50,433 bases of DNA from a virus (lineage: Duplodnaviria; Caudoviricetes). Position numbers and translations under genes: made by a program. This document shows, in pieces, positions 28,801-37,266 of the stretch (its first letter is position 1; the number at the start of each line of letters is the position of its first letter). The DNA is taken from positions 1 through 50,433 of IMG/VR virus record IMGVR_UViG_3300017721_000911; one strand, 5' to 3'. The notes under the pieces were generated by a model. The model searched no databases. It was given only the letters and a program-made list of their open reading frames with translations, and was not told where the DNA came from.

Positions 28801-29908
28801 AGACACTGTTTTAGTCACTTGTCCTGCCGCCGGAACTCCAATCTTCTTTACTGGACATATTTCAGAAGCACCAGATGATAAGGGAACTTATTACAGAATC
28901 GATTTTGATAACATCGCATTCAGTGGAACATTAACTTCAACAACAGATGCGTTTGTCACCTTTTCACGAAGAGGCGAGCAAGGTCTTGTTGGTTCAGTCG
29001 GTGCTAGAGGTGCAACCGGAACAGATGGTGCAGTAGGTGCGACAGGATCAACTGGATCGACAGGTCTGGCGGGTGCGACAGGATCAATTACAACGTTTAG
29101 AGATGCAAGCACATCAATTACTGCTGGAAACACCGTCGCTGAATTGCAGATTCTTGGTTCTGGTGTTGATGTTGAATTGACATATGATTCGGTAAATGAT
29201 AGAGCAGTTTACTCAATCAGTGGAACTACAGCAGGCACTCAATCGGGTCGCGGTTTCCTTGTTGATGAGATGTCGTATCCTTCACTGACCGGAAGTACGA
29301 TCAGAACGTTTGGAATTTCTGCCGCCAGCAGTTATATCGGAGCATTGAATCCGGATATTACTGACGCGAACCATTACTTTAATGTGCCTTTCCAAACTGT
29401 TGTTTCTCGAAATTACACTGATGGATTCTCAACTGTAAGCGTTGCCGACGGTGAATTCAGAGGCTGCACTCTTCCGTCAATTAGTGGTGACGGATATACT
29501 GGTGCTGGCGTGCAATCAAATAATGCCGTTGTTGTTCGGTCTGGAAATGCAGGAAACGTCATTAAGTTGACATATGAAGTTATCGTTGGAGTTGGAAGTT
29601 CAGTTGCCAGTAACGATCAATGTCTTTTGTTTAAGGTTGCTCGTTTTGGTTCAACCGCCGATTCAAGTCCAAACTCTTTTGAAACAGACTTAAGAAGCGT
29701 ATATCATTACAATGAAAGCGGTGCGGGCAACTACCCAAATCAAACAGTTCGCATTGAGGCATATGACAACGTTCAAAGTGTTGATAAACGATATATTCTT
29801 TGTGTGAAGGGTATGTCGGATAGTCCACCAAAAATTATTAGGGCTACGAGAACAGTTGAAACAATGGTTTCTGCAAATCTACTCAATACTATAACAAACT
29901 TTGGATAA
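25895..29908 (+). CDS. tail fibre / whisker protein with collagen-like G-X-Y segments
   Basis: N-terminal L..SDTF..W...TN motif seen in phage fibres; four Gly-X-Y runs; located before gp13. Confidence 0.8.
   Translation: [1337 protein letters not shown]
27599..27745 (+). repeat. collagen-like (Gly-X-Y)n run 1, degenerate 9-bp tandem repeat
   Basis: [49 protein letters not shown]. Confidence 0.9.
28061..28207 (+). repeat. collagen-like run 2
   Basis: [49 protein letters not shown]. Confidence 0.9.
28553..28618 (+). repeat. collagen-like run 3
   Basis: [22 protein letters not shown]. Confidence 0.85.
28973..29083 (+). repeat. collagen-like run 4
   Basis: [37 protein letters not shown]. Confidence 0.85.
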
Positions 29909-29969
29909 GTCTACCAAATGAAAAGGCATCCATTCTCTAGTCTGAAAAGACACAGGAAGCCTCGCTCTA

Positions 29970-29976
29970 ATACATA
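29970..29976 (+). promoter_or_regulatory. late-promoter-like box upstream of gp13
   Basis: ATACATA, then an AAGGAG RBS. Confidence 0.55.
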
Positions 29977-29999
29977 CAAAAGGAAAAGGAGCGCAGTAG

Positions 30000-30794
30000 A
30001 TGTCCACGCCTTCATCAAGAGAAGAACTAAAACAGTATGCTCTAAGAAAACTGGGCGCACCAGTAATCGAGATCAATGTTGACGATGCTCAACTAGAAGA
30101 TGCAATAGATGATGCTTTGCAAATGTTTAATGAGTACCATTTTGATGGTGCAGAAAGAGCATTGTACAAACATCAAATTACTCAGACAGATATTGATAAC
30201 GGATATTTGGATACTGATTCCTTTGGATTTACAGGTCCAAACGATGCTATTCAGCCCGAAGATTCACAACGTATTGTTTCGGTGACAAAGGTTTTTCAGT
30301 TCGATCAGGGTGGTGCTGGGTCAAATATGTTCAGCGTGAGATATCAGATGGCGTTACAAGACCAGTATGGTTTACGAAGTGCCGGTGATATGTCTAACTA
30401 TTACATCACTCAGTCATACATTTCACTTTTGGCTGATTTCCTTGATCCAGAAAAACAGATTAGATTTAGTAGGGTCACAAATCGCTTATATCTTGATATG
30501 AATTGGTCAGATACAGTAAACGTTGGTGATTTTTTAGTTATTGATGCCTATGTCTCATTGGATCCAGAAACATATACTGAAATATACAACGACATTTTAC
30601 TCAAAAAATATGTGACGGCATCATTTAAAAAACAATGGGCGATGAACTTACTGAAATATCAAAATATTAATCTTCCGGGTGGTGTACAATTCAATGGTGA
30701 TCAATTGTTCAGTGCCGCAGAAAATGAAATGTCTAATATTGAAGATACTCTACAAGACAAATATGAACTTCCTCCGGATTTCTTTACGGGGTAA
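30000..30794 (+). CDS. gp13: neck protein gp13
   Basis: P.SR.EL..Y.LR.LGAPVIEINV...Q..D.ID, LPGGV..NG, YELPP....G. Confidence 0.97.
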   Translation: MSTPSSREELKQYALRKLGAPVIEINVDDAQLEDAIDDALQMFNEYHFDGAERALYKHQITQTDIDNGYLDTDSFGFTGPNDAIQPEDSQRIVSVTKVFQFDQGGAGSNMFSVRYQMALQDQYGLRSAGDMSNYYITQSYISLLADFLDPEKQIRFSRVTNRLYLDMNWSDTVNVGDFLVIDAYVSLDPETYTEIYNDILLKKYVTASFKKQWAMNLLKYQNINLPGGVQFNGDQLFSAAENEMSNIEDTLQDKYELPPDFFTG

Positions 30795-30796
30795 TT

Positions 30797-31669
30797 ATGG
30801 CAACGAATCCTTACTTCAATAAATTTAAAAGCACCGCAGAGCAACGTCTTGTACAAGATATTGTTGATGAATCTATCAAGATTCACGGTGTTGATATGGT
30901 GTATGCTATTCGTTCTTTACAGAGTGAAGATGAATTGTTTGGTGAAGATAGGCTTCCTAAATTTCAAGACGGTCGTGAATTAGAAATGTACGTCGAAAGT
31001 TATGATGGTTTTGAGGGACAGGGCGAGGTGATGACTCAGTTTGGTCTTGATATTAAAGATGAAATGACTCTCACTGTATCAAAGAAAAGATTTTCAGAAG
31101 TATTCGCAGATAAAACTGATATTAAGTATCCAAGAGAGGGTGACTTAATTTACTTTCCTCTGATGGATGGTATTTTTGAGGTCAACTTTGTTGAGCGTGA
31201 ACAAAATTTCTTTAATTTCGGAAAAACGTTTACTTATCAAATAAAGGTTTCTTTGTACAAATACTCTGGAGAACAACTCGATACTGGTTTCGATCAAATC
31301 GATGGTGTTACATCAAATGCTATGAACCAACTTGTTAATACCACTTTCAGTGGGGGCGTTGGGGAATTCATCGAAGGAGAAACTGTTAATATTATTACAT
31401 TTGCCGGAGCCACAGGAGCAACGATGGAAGTTGTTGTGTGGCAAGGCTCAACAGCAGATGTTTTGGAATCGTTCTTAGTCTCTGGAAGTATCACAGGCGA
31501 GAGAATTGTTGGACAATCATCAAATGCGAACAGAGTTATCGACACAATTGGCTTCACAGCAGATTACTTTGCCAAAGATACAATGGAAGACAATACAGAG
31601 TTTATGCGAGAAAGTCACAGTATCTTTGACTTTACAGATCAAGATCCGTTTAGTGAGGGAGATATTTAA
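30797..31669 (+). CDS. gp14: neck protein gp14
   Basis: NPYF, EQ.L......ESI...G.D..Y, P.EGDLIYFP, DF...DPF. Confidence 0.96.
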   Translation: MATNPYFNKFKSTAEQRLVQDIVDESIKIHGVDMVYAIRSLQSEDELFGEDRLPKFQDGRELEMYVESYDGFEGQGEVMTQFGLDIKDEMTLTVSKKRFSEVFADKTDIKYPREGDLIYFPLMDGIFEVNFVEREQNFFNFGKTFTYQIKVSLYKYSGEQLDTGFDQIDGVTSNAMNQLVNTTFSGGVGEFIEGETVNIITFAGATGATMEVVVWQGSTADVLESFLVSGSITGERIVGQSSNANRVIDTIGFTADYFAKDTMEDNTEFMRESHSIFDFTDQDPFSEGDI

Positions 31670-32496
31670 TGTTCACTCAGTTTTACAATGAATCAATTCG
31701 CAAAACCGTAGTTGCCTTCGGTGCTATGTTTGATGAAATTTTTGTTGTTCGTAGAAATTCAGATGGTTCAATAAACAGAAGATTTTTAGTTCCAATTACA
31801 TACGCACAAAAAGAAAAATTCATTCGTATGCTTGACGAACTTCCAAACACAAAAGAGTCAGACAACGCAGCGGCAATTGCAAATATTTTACCTCGACTTG
31901 GGTTTTCGATCACAAGTATGAATTATGATTCTGCAAGAAAACGAAACACAGTTTATAAAAAGTACCAAACCAGCAGCACAGCAAATACTTACAATACTCA
32001 GTTTTCGGAAGTTCCATACACAGTAGGTTTTAGTCTTGCAGTGGCGACAAGAACAATGGATGACGCTTTGCAGATTCTTGAACAAATTACTGCATACTTT
32101 ACACCAGAATTTACCGTCACAATTAATTTTACTGACATCAATGCAAAAGTTGATGTACCATTTGTCTTAAACTCTGTAACTCCAGAGATTGATTATCTCG
32201 GTGATACATCTGAGCAGCGTTCGATTATTTTTAATCTTGATTTTACTGCCTACACCTATGTGTTTGGACCAACTAAACAACAAACTTACATTACAGAATC
32301 AACTGTCGATGTGTTTACATCATTCTTTGATGAATTTGGTGGGGTCACTGGACCCACTGGTGCTGCGTTGAAGTCGATTGCGTCCATCACTGGACCGTCT
32401 GGAGCGAATACACTGCCGCCTTCTGCTATCGCAGGCGTAACAAGTTTCTTCGCTCCGGAAACCCTAAGCGTCACAGGAGCAACCCAAGATGTCTAA
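31669..32496 (+). CDS. gp15: tail terminator / sheath stabiliser gp15
   Basis: FY.E.IRK.V.AFG..F, VPI.YA.K.K, LPR..F, QI.EQI...F.P. Confidence 0.95.
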   Translation: MFTQFYNESIRKTVVAFGAMFDEIFVVRRNSDGSINRRFLVPITYAQKEKFIRMLDELPNTKESDNAAAIANILPRLGFSITSMNYDSARKRNTVYKKYQTSSTANTYNTQFSEVPYTVGFSLAVATRTMDDALQILEQITAYFTPEFTVTINFTDINAKVDVPFVLNSVTPEIDYLGDTSEQRSIIFNLDFTAYTYVFGPTKQQTYITESTVDVFTSFFDEFGGVTGPTGAALKSIASITGPSGANTLPPSAIAGVTSFFAPETLSVTGATQDV

Positions 32497-32971
32497 AAAA
32501 GAAGAAAATCCGCTTGAAAATGCTTTAAATATAGAGCCTATTGAAGTGCGTCCGGCAGAAGATCCGGAAACAGGAATGCGAAAAAAAGTTGAACTTGATC
32601 TTTCAAAGTTTCCTGAACGAAAAAAGATTGAACAGCGTAAAGACTTCGGTGAAGTCCGCGAAAATATCAAAGAAGTAATTGACTACAGCAAGAATGCAAT
32701 TGACGGTATTCTCAAAGTAGCATCAGAGAGCGACAGCCCAAGAGCCTACGAAGTGGTCAGCCAACTTCTCAAGACGGCAACCGAAGCCAATAAAGACCTA
32801 CTTGATATTCATAAACAAATGAAAACCTTAGAGGAAGACGAGCAAGTGAGGAATGTGACCAACAACGCATTCTTCGTGGGTTCTACAAAAGAACTCCAAG
32901 AACTTGTTCGACAACAACTTCCTGAAAAGAAAGTGAAAAAAGTAAAAAATAATGACAAAGAAACTGGATGA
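32489..32971 (+). CDS. gp16: terminase small subunit gp16
   Basis: A.ESDSPRAYEV...L.K and VTNNA.FVGST.ELQ. Confidence 0.95.
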   Translation: MSKKEENPLENALNIEPIEVRPAEDPETGMRKKVELDLSKFPERKKIEQRKDFGEVRENIKEVIDYSKNAIDGILKVASESDSPRAYEVVSQLLKTATEANKDLLDIHKQMKTLEEDEQVRNVTNNAFFVGSTKELQELVRQQLPEKKVKKVKNNDKETG

Positions 32972-34595
32972 TAAATCATACCTCGGCAACGCCAATATTA
33001 AAGCGGCTGGTGTAGAGTCAGAATATACAAAAGAACAAATTCAAGAATACGCCAAGTGTGTTTCTGATCCGATGTATTTTATTAAAAATTACATCAAGAT
33101 TGTTTCACTTGACGAAGGTTTGGTACAGTTCAAACCTTACGACTTTCAAGAAAACATTTTAAATTCCGTTCACACGGATCGCTTTGTTATTTGCAAGATG
33201 CCCCGACAGTCCGGCAAATCCACGACAGTTATTTCGTATTTGCTTCACTACATTTTGTTTAATCCCGATAAAAATGTTGCAATCCTAGCCAACAAATTGT
33301 CAACCGCCCGAGAACTTCTTGGTCGTCTGAAGTTAGCCTATGAACATCTGCCAAAATGGCTTCAGCAAGGTGTCGTGGAGTGGAACAAAGGGTCTATTGT
33401 TTTAGAAAATGGATCAAAGATTCTTGCATCCTCTACATCATCCTCCGCTGTTCGGGGTGGTTCTTTTAACTTATTGTTTATGGATGAATTCGCATTCGTT
33501 CCCGAGAACGTGGCAGATGAGTTTTTCAACTCTGTATACCCCACGATCTCAGCGGGTCAAAGCACCAAGGTTCTGATCGTCAGCACTCCCAAAGGTTTGA
33601 ATATGTTTTATAAACTTTGGAAGGATGCCGAGGACGGTCAAAATTCTTATACTCCGATTGAAGTTCACTGGTCGGACGTTCCCGGTCGTGACGATAAATG
33701 GAAAAAAGAGACGATTCGGAACACATCTCCCCAGCAGTTTCGGCAGGAGTTTGAATGTGACTTTCTTGGGTCTGTGAACACCCTCATAGCCCCTTCAAAG
33801 TTGAAATCGCTTCACTACACTCGTCCGAAGCAAGAGCGTGAGGACGGCTTGAAGGTCTACTATGAGCCAGAACCGGAACACTTATATTTTATGGGTGTCG
33901 ATGTTTCACGCGGTCAAGATTTAGATTATCACGCGGTCACGATTATTGATGTTACTACTTCTCCATATAAAGTTGTAGCCCAATATAAAAATAATCAACT
34001 TTCACCATATCTTTTACCAAACTTAATTTACGCGATGGGCAAACGATACAATGATGCCTATATCCTAACCGAAGTAAATGATCTTGGACAAGAGATTGTT
34101 GATATTTTGCACAATGAGTTTGAGTATGAAAATTTACTTGTCACTTCTGTTCGTGGACGAAAGGGACAGGTGATGGATGGTGGCTTCGGTAGTTTTCAAA
34201 CACAACAGGGTGTGCGAATGAGTCCTAAAGTAAAGAAAGTCGGCTGCACGATGCTTAAGGAAATGATTGAGCAAGATCGGATAATTATTGAAGATTTTGA
34301 GATTATTCAAGAACTATCATCTTTTATATCAAAGAAAGGATCTTATGAAGCAGAAGTCGGTCATAATGATGATTTGGTGATTACGCTCGTGCTTTTTGCT
34401 TGGGCGGCAACGCAAAATTACTTCAAAGATATGACAGACATAAATATTCGTGAACAACTCTATAAAGATCAAATAGAGAAGATGGAAGAGGATTTGATGC
34501 CGTTTGGTTTTATGGATACAGAACCAGACAGCACGTTTATTGAAAATGACGGAACCGTGTGGGATATTTCAGATGATGATAGGTTCTCTTTGTAA
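32952..34595 (+). CDS. gp17: terminase large subunit gp17
   Basis: Walker A PRQSGKST, Walker B LFMDEFAF, STPKG.N, nuclease motifs GVDVSRG and HNDDLV. Confidence 0.98.
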   Translation: MTKKLDDKSYLGNANIKAAGVESEYTKEQIQEYAKCVSDPMYFIKNYIKIVSLDEGLVQFKPYDFQENILNSVHTDRFVICKMPRQSGKSTTVISYLLHYILFNPDKNVAILANKLSTARELLGRLKLAYEHLPKWLQQGVVEWNKGSIVLENGSKILASSTSSSAVRGGSFNLLFMDEFAFVPENVADEFFNSVYPTISAGQSTKVLIVSTPKGLNMFYKLWKDAEDGQNSYTPIEVHWSDVPGRDDKWKKETIRNTSPQQFRQEFECDFLGSVNTLIAPSKLKSLHYTRPKQEREDGLKVYYEPEPEHLYFMGVDVSRGQDLDYHAVTIIDVTTSPYKVVAQYKNNQLSPYLLPNLIYAMGKRYNDAYILTEVNDLGQEIVDILHNEFEYENLLVTSVRGRKGQVMDGGFGSFQTQQGVRMSPKVKKVGCTMLKEMIEQDRIIIEDFEIIQELSSFISKKGSYEAEVGHNDDLVITLVLFAWAATQNYFKDMTDINIREQLYKDQIEKMEEDLMPFGFMDTEPDSTFIENDGTVWDISDDDRFSL

Positions 34596-34606
34596 TCAGC
34601 ATTTCG

Positions 34607-34613
34607 CTAAATA
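34607..34613 (+). promoter_or_regulatory. late promoter for gp18
   Basis: CTAAATA upstream of an AAGGAG RBS. Confidence 0.7.
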
Positions 34614-34637
34614 ATAAGACCAAAAGGAGAATCGTTT

Positions 34638-36677
34638 ATGGCATTTCAAGTCAGCCCCGGTGTTGAAGTCAAAGAAGTTGACCTCACAAATATTGTTCCT
34701 GCCGTTTCTACAACAAACGCAGGTTTCGCTGGTTTCTTTGATTGGGGACCAATTGATCAAACTGTTGTCGTTACATCAGTCGATGACCTGAGAGAAAAAT
34801 TCGGTGGTCCAACCACCGCTAACAAAGACTATTGGTTCACCGCAGCAAACTACCTGACCTATGCCTCGTCTTTGAATCTTGTACGAGTTGTCAGTGGCGG
34901 TCTTAACGCTGCCGATGTACAAGGTACTTTGATCAAAAATATCAGTGACTATAATAGTAAAACCACAACAACAGCAGGTGATTGGAATAGTAGTCACTTT
35001 CTTGCTAAATTTGCTGGTGGTGATGCGGCATCTGCAACAGCAGTAGGAAGCGAACTGGGCAACTCGTTGCTTGTTTCGGCTTCAAATAGAAGCAGCATTA
35101 CTTTTGGAATGACTGCCGGTCTTGCTTCTGGAGCAACAACATTCCAAATTACACACAACACCGATTTTACAATTACGGGTGGAACTGAATATTCTGACGT
35201 TGTAAAAATTGGTGGAGTAAGATATCCAATTACTTCTGCTACTGCGGTTGCGGGTGGATCAACCATTGATATTGCTTCACCCGGTATTCTCTCACAGTCA
35301 ACCAGCATTACCTCTGGTAGTGTTGATTGGTTCTTTAGTCCCAACGTCAGCACGATCACGCCTGCTCAATCTACATTCGTAGAAGAAAGTGGCACTAATG
35401 TCACTGGAGTAAACGACCTGATTTCTGTGGTTGTGGTTGATGAAGATGGATACTGGTCTGGCACTCGCGGAACAATTCTTGAAACTTTCGATGATGTCTC
35501 AGTTGCAACAAATGCAAAACGTGACGATGGTTCATCACAATACGTTAAGAATGTGATTCGTGATACTTCAGAATATATTTACACAGGATATCAATTCCAA
35601 TCAGCCGACCTTATTGCCAATGCCCTTCCAGATAGAGCATTCTCTTCTGGTGTGACATTCGGTCTGTTGAAAGCAAATCAATATCTTTCCCTTAAGGGTG
35701 GTACAGGTTCGGTTCCAGCAGGTCTTGATTTCTTCACTGACGGATATGATAAATTTGAAGATTCAGAAACTTCTGATATTTCTCTGATTCTTGGTGGACC
35801 AGCCGAGGGCGACAAGGCAAAAGAACTTGTTACTCTTGCAAATAATAGAAAAGATTGTATTGCATTCCTTTCTCCACCAAAAGATACAGTTCTTAGTTCA
35901 ACCGATACACCCAAGAAAAATTACATCGCAACTGCAAATATTGTGGCGTATAGAAATGGCACTGATGCACTTTCTCAAGGTGGTGATTTGACGGACACAG
36001 CAACAAATAACTTAAATGTGTCATCTTCGTTTGCCTTCTTGGATTCTGGATACAAGTATCAGTACGATAGATTCAACGATATTTTCCGATACGTTCCATT
36101 GAACGGTGATATCGCTGGTGTTGCTGCAAGAGCAGACGTTACAAGTGAAACTTGGTTCTCGCCTGCTGGCTTCAACCGAGGGCAACTTAATAACGTTGTT
36201 TCACTTGCTTTCAATCCTGATAAAACTTCACGCGATACACTTTATCAAAATGGTATCAACCCAGTGGTTTCTTTCCCCGGACAAGGCACTGTTCTCTTTG
36301 GAGACAAGACTTTGCTCAAGAAACCAAGTGCATTCGATAGAATTAATGTTCGTAGATTGTTCATTGTTCTTGAAAAAGCCATCTCGACTGCTGCCAAGTT
36401 TAGTCTGTTTGAATTGAATGACAGATTTACACGCGCACAGTTCAAGAACTTAATTGAACCATTCCTTCTCGATGTCCAGTCCCGTCGTGGAATTACGGAC
36501 TTCCGAGTTGTATGTGATGAAACAAATAACACGCCAGAGGTAATCGACAGAAACGCTTTTGTCGCAGACATCTTTGTGCAACCAACAAGATCCATCAACT
36601 TTATCACCCTTAACTTTGTAGCCACCAGAACTGGTGTTGACTTTGAAGAGTTGACCAACTTGGGTGGCGGCAGATAA
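34638..36677 (+). CDS. gp18: tail sheath protein gp18
   Basis: MAFQVSPGV...E.DLT, WFSPAG.NRG, GDKT, SAFDRINVRRLF, CDETNNT. Confidence 0.98.
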   Translation: MAFQVSPGVEVKEVDLTNIVPAVSTTNAGFAGFFDWGPIDQTVVVTSVDDLREKFGGPTTANKDYWFTAANYLTYASSLNLVRVVSGGLNAADVQGTLIKNISDYNSKTTTTAGDWNSSHFLAKFAGGDAASATAVGSELGNSLLVSASNRSSITFGMTAGLASGATTFQITHNTDFTITGGTEYSDVVKIGGVRYPITSATAVAGGSTIDIASPGILSQSTSITSGSVDWFFSPNVSTITPAQSTFVEESGTNVTGVNDLISVVVVDEDGYWSGTRGTILETFDDVSVATNAKRDDGSSQYVKNVIRDTSEYIYTGYQFQSADLIANALPDRAFSSGVTFGLLKANQYLSLKGGTGSVPAGLDFFTDGYDKFEDSETSDISLILGGPAEGDKAKELVTLANNRKDCIAFLSPPKDTVLSSTDTPKKNYIATANIVAYRNGTDALSQGGDLTDTATNNLNVSSSFAFLDSGYKYQYDRFNDIFRYVPLNGDIAGVAARADVTSETWFSPAGFNRGQLNNVVSLAFNPDKTSRDTLYQNGINPVVSFPGQGTVLFGDKTLLKKPSAFDRINVRRLFIVLEKAISTAAKFSLFELNDRFTRAQFKNLIEPFLLDVQSRRGITDFRVVCDETNNTPEVIDRNAFVADIFVQPTRSINFITLNFVATRTGVDFEELTNLGGGR

Positions 36678-36680
36678 ATA
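36674..36680 (+). promoter_or_regulatory. late promoter for gp19
   Basis: ATAAATA overlapping the gp18 stop, then AAGGAG. Confidence 0.65.
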
Positions 36681-36699
36681 CAAGTAAGGAGAATCTCTA

Positions 36700-37257
36700 A
36701 TGAGAATTGACGACTTTAAAGATAAAATTGGTGGCGGCGTAAGACCTTCGCTATTCCGCGTTGGTGGTCGAATTGGTGCGAGTGGCACTGATGTAGCAAC
36801 TTCGTTTTTGGTTACAGCAGCAGCACTTCCTGCATCAAACATTGGTGAGGTGACTGCACCTTATCGTGGAAGAAATATTAAACTTCCAACATCTCGTACC
36901 TTTGAAGATTGGACTATTACCATTCTTTCTGATAAGGATATGAGACTTCGTAGCAAAATGGAGCAATGGCTTGAAGACCTGAATGGTGCAGAGAGCAATA
37001 CCCCAGATCGTGAAATTGCACTTAATAATGCAACTGATTTCCCAGACTGGTCTGTTGATCAGTTAGATCGATCTGGTGATCCAATTAAATCTTACACGTT
37101 TAAATACTGCTTCCCCAAAAGTATCTCAGAAATTTCTGTGGATGCTGCGAATGAGGATCTTGCCTCATTCACCGTAACACTTGGTTACTCTTACTTTATT
37201 ACTTCAGATGTGAATGTGGGCTACGGCTCACCCGGAAATAGAACTTCCGCTTTATAA
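36700..37257 (+). CDS. gp19: tail tube protein gp19
   Basis: GGG.RP.LF, AA.LPAS.IG...PYRGR..K....RTF..WT.T, V.QLDR.G, FP..I. Confidence 0.95.
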   Translation: MRIDDFKDKIGGGVRPSLFRVGGRIGASGTDVATSFLVTAAALPASNIGEVTAPYRGRNIKLPTSRTFEDWTITILSDKDMRLRSKMEQWLEDLNGAESNTPDREIALNNATDFPDWSVDQLDRSGDPIKSYTFKYCFPKSISEISVDAANEDLASFTVTLGYSYFITSDVNVGYGSPGNRTSAL

Positions 37258-37266
37258 GGATGAATT

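Noticed and set aside
29918-30082. 54-codon basic ORF (MKRHPFSSLKRHRK...)
   Set aside because: No RBS, and it overlaps the gp13 promoter, RBS and start out of frame.
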